A stretch of 64,000 nucleotides of DNA, from positions 928,001-992,000 of the forward strand of contig OZ240241.1 in NCBI GenBank assembly GCA_965198115.1. The letters are read 5' to 3'. Origin of the DNA: Candidatus Latescibacterota bacterium (GTDB lineage: Bacteria > Latescibacterota > UBA2968). The notes under the pieces were generated by a model, which did not search any database, was not told where the DNA came from, and worked only from the letters and a program-made list of their open reading frames with translations. This document shows positions 58,711-64,000 of this stretch, in pieces. Numbering within the stretch: position 1 is the stretch's first letter; each line of letters starts with the position of its first letter. The position numbers and the translations under genes were made by a program.

Positions 58711-59486
58711 TGGAATACCTCTTCAGGCCGATTGGCCGCAAGGTCGGGAACTTCCTGACGCACATGTTCCACACTTCCCGCTTTTTCGTGCGGATGGTAG
58801 GGGAGCTCAGACACCTCCTGTTTTACCGACGCCAGGTGGTCGAGCAATGCTACTCCGTCGGTGTGGGTTCATTCTCGCTGGTTTGCCTCGTGTCGGCGTT
58901 CAGCGGAATGGCTGTGGCCATCCAGATGGCCTACCAGATGGAGGCGTATGTGCCCGACTACATGGTCGGGAGCATCGTCGTCCGCTCAGTCGTCCTGGAG
59001 TTGGCCCCGGTCCTGATGGGGCTGGTCCTGGCCGGACGTGTCGGTGCGGGTATCGCATCGGAACTGGGCACGATGAAGGTCTCCGAGCAGGTGGATGCGT
59101 TGACCTCGATGGCCGTCGATCCTGTTGGGTATCTCATGATGCCTCGATTTATCGCGGGCATTCTGATGATCCCGGTGCTGGTCGTCTTTTCGAGTGCCCT
59201 TTCCATCTTCATGGGCTTCGCCATGTCGATCCTCAAGATGGACATCAGCATCTACAACTTCGTGAAAGGCATGAAACTCGACTTCCAGACTTACGATGTG
59301 GTCGTCGGACTCACCAAGTCAATCGTCTACGGTGGGACGATCACCTTCGTCGGCAGCTACGTCGGGTTGACGACGGAAGGGGGCGCACAGGGTGTGGGCA
59401 GGGCGGCCACCGCGGCGTGCGTCATCAGTTCTGCCCTGATTCTGGTCCTGGACTACTTCCTGACGCACACGATGCTGGTCGCCTGA
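58710..59486 (+). CDS. mlaE: MlaE-family ABC permease
   Basis: ELAPVL..AGRVGAGIASELGTMKVSEQVDAL..MAVDP; GGAQGVGRA. Confidence 0.92.
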   Translation: MEYLFRPIGRKVGNFLTHMFHTSRFFVRMVGELRHLLFYRRQVVEQCYSVGVGSFSLVCLVSAFSGMAVAIQMAYQMEAYVPDYMVGSIVVRSVVLELAPVLMGLVLAGRVGAGIASELGTMKVSEQVDALTSMAVDPVGYLMMPRFIAGILMIPVLVVFSSALSIFMGFAMSILKMDISIYNFVKGMKLDFQTYDVVVGLTKSIVYGGTITFVGSYVGLTTEGGAQGVGRAATAACVISSALILVLDYFLTHTMLVA

Positions 59487-60241
59487 TGGGTGCGGTCAAG
59501 AACGGACAGGCGATTCTGTTCGAGGGTGTGCACAAACGGTTCGACGACAACCGAGTGTTAAACGGGCTGTCGCTCGAGATTCCGTGGCGCAAGGTGACGA
59601 CGATCCTCGGACCCAGCGGCTGCGGGAAGAGCGTGACACTCAAGCACGTGATCGGAATCCTCGAGGCCGACGAAGGACGCGTCGTGGTGGACGGCCAGGA
59701 CATGACTCATATCCGGCGAGCCGATCTTTTGGAACTCCGCAAGCGGATCGGCGTGCTGTTCCAATCGTCGGCGTTGTTCGACTCGATGAATGTGTTCGAG
59801 AACGTCGCCTTTGGGCTACGTATGCATCGCCGGATGGCGGAAGGGGACATTCGCGATCGCGTGGCCGTCTGCCTGAACCAAGTGGACCTCTCCGGTGCCG
59901 AGGACACCATGCCCGTGGACCTGTCGGGCGGGATGCGAAAACGTGCGGCGCTGGCCCGAGCCATCGCTCTCGAGCCCGACTTCATCCTCTACGACGAACC
60001 GACCACAGGGCTGGACCCACGGACGGCCAACGTCGTGGCTGATCTGATTCTGCAGCTGCAGGAGGATCTGGACATCACATCGGTCGTGGTGACACACGAC
60101 ATTCCACTCACACTGAGAATCTCGGACAAGATCGCACTGATCGACCAGGGCGTCGTCGCGGCATCCGGATCGCCGGAAGAAGTCGAACAGAGCCCGATCT
60201 TCAGGAAATTCTTCGAGGGAGAGTTGGGGAGCTTTAGATGA
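59486..60241 (+). CDS. mlaF: MlaF-family ABC ATPase
   Basis: GPSGCGKS, LFQSSALFDSM, LSGGMRKR, YDEPTTGLDP. Confidence 0.92.
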   Translation: MGAVKNGQAILFEGVHKRFDDNRVLNGLSLEIPWRKVTTILGPSGCGKSVTLKHVIGILEADEGRVVVDGQDMTHIRRADLLELRKRIGVLFQSSALFDSMNVFENVAFGLRMHRRMAEGDIRDRVAVCLNQVDLSGAEDTMPVDLSGGMRKRAALARAIALEPDFILYDEPTTGLDPRTANVVADLILQLQEDLDITSVVVTHDIPLTLRISDKIALIDQGVVAASGSPEEVEQSPIFRKFFEGELGSFR

Positions 60242-61149
60242 AGCGTGACCGTGAAGTCATCTTGGGAGCCATCGTCTTCGCCGCTGTTTCCATCGTGGTG
60301 ATCGGGACGACGTGGCTATCGGAGAATTATTGGGGTGCTGCGGGTGGATATAAGATCGTCACGACCTACGACTCGGTTATGGGGCTCAACAAGGGCGCTC
60401 ACGTGACGATCCGCGGCGTGAAGGTCGGGAAGGTGCTCGAAGTTCACATGGAACGCGGACGACCATTCGTCACGGTCGGGCTATTGAGCATCCGCAACCT
60501 GCCGCGCGACAGCAAATTCGTCCTCAGAAGTCAGGGCATGCTCGGCGATCGGATGATCGAGGTTCGAGTGGGCAAGTCGGAGGAAGTCTTCAAGGACGGG
60601 GACCTGGCCATCGGACATTCCGAGCTGGGACTGGAGGACCTCACGGCCGATGCCGCCGACATGACGAATCAGGTCAGGACCGTCATCGACAGCATAACGG
60701 CGCCGGAAAACATCACACGTATGACGCGTGTTCTGCGGAGCGTGGATACGACGGCCGCGGTGATGCGCGAGGTCGTTGTGAACAACCGTGAGCGGCTTGC
60801 GTCGACGATCGAGAACCTCTCGGATGCCTCCTCCGATGTGAGCGCGATGACAACGGCCAGCCGGGATCGGATTCGGGCATCCGTCGAAAACCTGGAAAAG
60901 ACGACGGCGGGGCTCTCCAAATCGGCCGAAAACCTAGAAAGGGCGACGCTGTCACTGGATCAGATGATGGTTAACCTGAGCGAGATCAGCTCCAAAATCA
61001 ACAGCGGCCAGGGGACACTCGGCCGTCTGGTGAACGACCCGAACGTCTACACGGGATTGGAGTCAGCGCTGACGTCGGTCGACAGTCTTCTCGAGGCTGT
61101 GAAGACCGATCCCGGGCGCTACCTGAACTTTAAGTTCACCATTTTCTAG
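60238..61149 (+). CDS. mlaD: MlaD/MCE-domain protein with helical extension
   Basis: N-terminal TM, GLNKGAHVTIRGVKVGKV, GMLGDRMIEV, GQGTLGRLVND. Confidence 0.9.
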   Translation: MKRDREVILGAIVFAAVSIVVIGTTWLSENYWGAAGGYKIVTTYDSVMGLNKGAHVTIRGVKVGKVLEVHMERGRPFVTVGLLSIRNLPRDSKFVLRSQGMLGDRMIEVRVGKSEEVFKDGDLAIGHSELGLEDLTADAADMTNQVRTVIDSITAPENITRMTRVLRSVDTTAAVMREVVVNNRERLASTIENLSDASSDVSAMTTASRDRIRASVENLEKTTAGLSKSAENLERATLSLDQMMVNLSEISSKINSGQGTLGRLVNDPNVYTGLESALTSVDSLLEAVKTDPGRYLNFKFTIF

Positions 61150-61154
61150 GAGAC

Positions 61155-62048
61155 GTGATGCGGGCGATCGCACTCGTGTGGGCGGTCTTGGTGGGCGCTT
61201 CCCTCGTGGAAGCCGGAGAGCTCAAGTGGCAGCTCTGGCAGGAGGCGGAAGGCATCACTTTTGGTGGCTTCGTCGACGAGATGAGCAGCATCAAGCTCAT
61301 CGACGGCGGCGACGGTAAAGACCGGCGCATCGTCTACGGCGACCGGCTCGGCCTGATCCACGCCGTTCGGTTCGAGGATGGGCGATTCCAGGAGGAATGG
61401 GTAAGTCCAACCCTGCGCGGCCCGATCTCCGAGATCTTCTTGGAGGACGTGAACGCCGACGAGAAACTGGAGATCGTCGCCTATACTGAACTGGGCGAAA
61501 TCATCATGTTCAGCGCCGATGGCTACAAGGAGATCTGGCGATCGACGGACGACGAGTTCGAGACGATATCGGCCATGGTCGTGGCTGACATCGACGATGA
61601 TCCGCAGATGGAATTGATCTTCACCGCAGAATCGGTCGCCGACGTTTCCGGCTACCGTGCGACGAGCCGAGGGGGGTCTCCCGAAGATGCCGAGCAGGCG
61701 CGGGAACAGGAAATTTCGCGTCTCTACGTCTACGACAGCCTCTTTACCTTTCGCGAATGGAGTACGGAGCAGGGCCTGACCGGGAGCAACATCGTCGTTG
61801 CCGATCTGGACGATGACGGAATCCTCGAAATTGCGCTGAACTCGGGGTTCATCGTCGATGCGTCGTTCCAACGGGTCGAATGGCGTTGGCCCGATGGCTT
61901 CGGAAGTCGAATCGGATACGCAGACCTCGACGGTGACGGAATTCCCGAGCTGATCGGTGAATACGAGTCGGTCACCCGGCCGCGAAGAACGATCCGCGTC
62001 TTCGACGTCGACCTGCAGGCTGAAAATTTTCTGAGCACCGGACGCTGA
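61155..62048 (+). CDS. Secreted FG-GAP/VCBS-repeat protein
   Basis: Signal peptide; EDVNADEKLEI, ADIDDDPQMELI, ADLDDDGILEI, ADLDGDGIPELI. Confidence 0.8.
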   Translation: MMRAIALVWAVLVGASLVEAGELKWQLWQEAEGITFGGFVDEMSSIKLIDGGDGKDRRIVYGDRLGLIHAVRFEDGRFQEEWVSPTLRGPISEIFLEDVNADEKLEIVAYTELGEIIMFSADGYKEIWRSTDDEFETISAMVVADIDDDPQMELIFTAESVADVSGYRATSRGGSPEDAEQAREQEISRLYVYDSLFTFREWSTEQGLTGSNIVVADLDDDGILEIALNSGFIVDASFQRVEWRWPDGFGSRIGYADLDGDGIPELIGEYESVTRPRRTIRVFDVDLQAENFLSTGR

Positions 62049-62054
62049 CCCTTT

Positions 62055-63290
62055 ATGGCCGAATCGCCCCCATCCACGGCGGTGGACGCCATCCCGGAAC
62101 AAAGGGGGGATCGCACTTTTTTCAAGGTCGCGATCCTCGTCTTCCTCGCCTTCCTCACCTACCTCCTGCTACCGAGCCTGTCACCGATTCCCATCGGCGC
62201 GTCGATCCTGCTGCTGCTGTTTTTGAGCCACAGACGCGCGCGTTTCGAGCTGGGCGTCGGTCTGGTGTTCTTCGTGCTCATCTTTGCCTTCATCTTCCAC
62301 GAAGTCGCCGGTATGCTCTGGCCCTTCGTGGTTTCGATTATCCTCGGTTACTTGCTCGAACCACTCGTTGGGGTTCTGGGGAAGCATATGCCCCGATCAC
62401 TCGCGATTAGAGTGATCGCCCTCCTGCTGCTCGGAGCTCTTACGCTGATCGGAGCGCTGCTGGTTCCCCTCGTCATTTCCGAGGTGTGGGATCTCGTCCG
62501 ACGGCTGCCCGATTACGCGGACTACTTCCGAGAGCTCTACGTCAGAATCGAGGACTACCTGAGGGCGTACGGATACGAGGGCTACGCCTCCGAGCTTCAG
62601 CAACGCGTGATCGCCAAGCTGCCCGAGGTGGGCAAGCTATTCGCCGATCAGACCACATCCGCGCTTCGCGGATTGACGTCGAGGATCGCGGCTTTGTTGA
62701 ACCTGCTGATGATTCCGTTCCTGACTTACTACATCCTCAAGGACTTTGGCCGAATCAAGCAGGTTCTGTCAGAGGTGTTCCCGGTGCGGCATCGAGGTCG
62801 CATCCTGAATTTCGTTGGCAGTGTCGACACGGTGTTGGGTCAGTACATCCGGGGACAGATCGTTGTTTCGACGTTCGTCGCCGCGCTGACCGCCCTGGGT
62901 CTCTCCCTGTCGGGTGTTCGATACGCCGTGGTTCTGGGTCTCACGGCGGGGGCACTCAACCTGATACCGTATGTTGGAATCGGAACGACGCTGTTGATCT
63001 CGCTCTTCGTCGCAGCACTCGACATCGATCCGTGGATCAAGTGTTTCAAGGTTCTGCTGGTGTTCCTCATCGTTCAGTTCGTCGAAGGCAACTTTCTGTC
63101 GCCCAGAGTGGTGGGTCAACGGGTCGGGTTGCACCCCGCGTGGGTCATTTTCGCGCTGGTCATCTCGGCGAATCTGTGGGGATCTCTGGGCATGGTCATC
63201 GCCATTCCAGGTGCCGCGGTCGTAAACATCATCGTGCGTCTCGTGTCGACACGTTATTACGAATCGGCCTATTACAGCGCAGGAGAGTAG
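62055..63290 (+). CDS. AI-2E (PerM) family transporter
   Basis: YLLEPLV, PFLTYYILKD, YIRGQ, NLIPYVG, EGNFLSPRVVG..VGLHP, IAIP. Confidence 0.92.
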   Translation: MAESPPSTAVDAIPEQRGDRTFFKVAILVFLAFLTYLLLPSLSPIPIGASILLLLFLSHRRARFELGVGLVFFVLIFAFIFHEVAGMLWPFVVSIILGYLLEPLVGVLGKHMPRSLAIRVIALLLLGALTLIGALLVPLVISEVWDLVRRLPDYADYFRELYVRIEDYLRAYGYEGYASELQQRVIAKLPEVGKLFADQTTSALRGLTSRIAALLNLLMIPFLTYYILKDFGRIKQVLSEVFPVRHRGRILNFVGSVDTVLGQYIRGQIVVSTFVAALTALGLSLSGVRYAVVLGLTAGALNLIPYVGIGTTLLISLFVAALDIDPWIKCFKVLLVFLIVQFVEGNFLSPRVVGQRVGLHPAWVIFALVISANLWGSLGMVIAIPGAAVVNIIVRLVSTRYYESAYYSAGE

Positions 63291-63323
63291 GATCTTTGAA
63301 CCGAGTGTGAAGGCCGCCCTGTA

Positions 63324-63352
63324 TTGACTTTATGATGGTGGTAGACTATCAT
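63324..63352 (+). promoter_or_regulatory. Putative sigma-70 promoter of small-gene pair 3
   Basis: TTGACT-17 bp-TATCAT. Confidence 0.65.
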
Positions 63353-63414
63353 ATAAGGCACTCTGATAGAACCGCTTACTGATTTCCTCCGAATCTCTCC
63401 CTCTGGAGGACTTT

Positions 63415-63719
63415 ATGCTGTACTGGCTTCTGTTCAGTCTGCTTGGCGTCTTCATTGTCAAGTATTATACCGCTGTGGAAATGCGAAACTCGAGCGGCGT
63501 CTGGAGCGGGTAAAGGACGATCTCGGGCAGGTCAAAGACAAGCTCGGGAGCGTCCAGGACCACATGGATCAGGTGAAAACCGAAGAAGATTCTTACGAAG
63601 ACCGTGTCAGACGTATCAAAGAAACGATCGAGGATCTTGAGATTCGAATGACGTCATCGGGAGAAGAGGAAGGTGACGAAGTGATCATTTCTGACGGAGC
63701 CCCGCCTCGTCCTTTCTGA
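63415..63719 (+). CDS. Small N-terminal TM + coiled-coil protein (KYYTAV type), 1-nt frameshift near 63487
   Basis: GGAGGA RBS; MLYWLLFSLLGVFIVKYYTAVEMR(K)LERRLERVKDDL...RVRRIKETIEDLEIRMT restored by one A in the AAA run. Confidence 0.7.
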
Positions 63720-63728
63720 AACAGATTT

Positions 63729-64000
63729 ATGTTCTGGCTCATAATAGGATCACTCGGCGCCATTTTTACGAAGTACTACACAGCGGTGGGGTCTAGAAAG
63801 CTTCATCGAAGGATCAACAACGTCAAACTCGACCTCGAACACGCGCGCCGACGGTTGAAGGAAGTGCGCGAGCAGGAGTACGGTATATCGCAGGACGAAG
63901 AGGTCGTTATCCAACGGGTCCGATACACCAAAGAACTGATCGACGATCTTCGGATCCGGCTGACCACTTCGGAAGACGACTCGGTTTCAGTCGGTTTTGA
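63729..64000 (+). CDS. Small N-terminal TM + coiled-coil protein (KYYTAV type), runs off window end
   Basis: MFWLIIGSLGAIFTKYYTAVGSRKLHRRINNVKLDL...RVRYTKELIDDLRIRLT; colinear with preceding gene. Confidence 0.75.
   Translation, partial: MFWLIIGSLGAIFTKYYTAVGSRKLHRRINNVKLDLEHARRRLKEVREQEYGISQDEEVVIQRVRYTKELIDDLRIRLTTSEDDSVSVGF

Noticed and set aside
1-64000. CRISPR array, cas genes, prophage, integron or reverse-transcriptase system
   Set aside because: No regularly spaced repeats and no recognisable Cas, phage, integrase or RT motifs were seen
1-64000. Apparent abundance of CGATCG/TCGA (HIP1-like)
   Set aside because: Not counted, and plausibly explained by ATC/GTC/GAC codon usage; needs a Markov-model test

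Overview
GC-rich, gene-dense bacterial chromosomal window. Bacteroidetes-type bS22, a DUF6785/6784 membrane protein and multiple PhyH, Gfo/Idh/MocA and enolase-superfamily genes suggest an FCB-superphylum lineage such as Latescibacterota (inference only). Content: ABC transporters, a bactofilin, queC, DNA-repair genes (OGG-like glycosylase, double-length UvrA, alkyltransferase-like protein), an orphan adenine methyltransferase, a paired zinc-ribbon ABC exporter with DUF1854, sugar/sugar-acid catabolic clusters, HU-bS22-tRNA-Arg(CCG), a sigma-70 factor and a YihY-MlaEFD cluster. There are three IS elements: an ISAzo13 nested in an IS630 that splits a response regulator, and an ISL3. REP-like doublets are also present. 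The most notable unexplained feature is a family of six small N-terminal-TM/coiled-coil genes in three tandem pairs; two pairs follow the bactofilin and each has its own sigma-54 promoter. Many single-base frameshifts suggest long-read assembly errors, so pseudogene calls are provisional. All family assignments come from motif recognition; no database searches were run.
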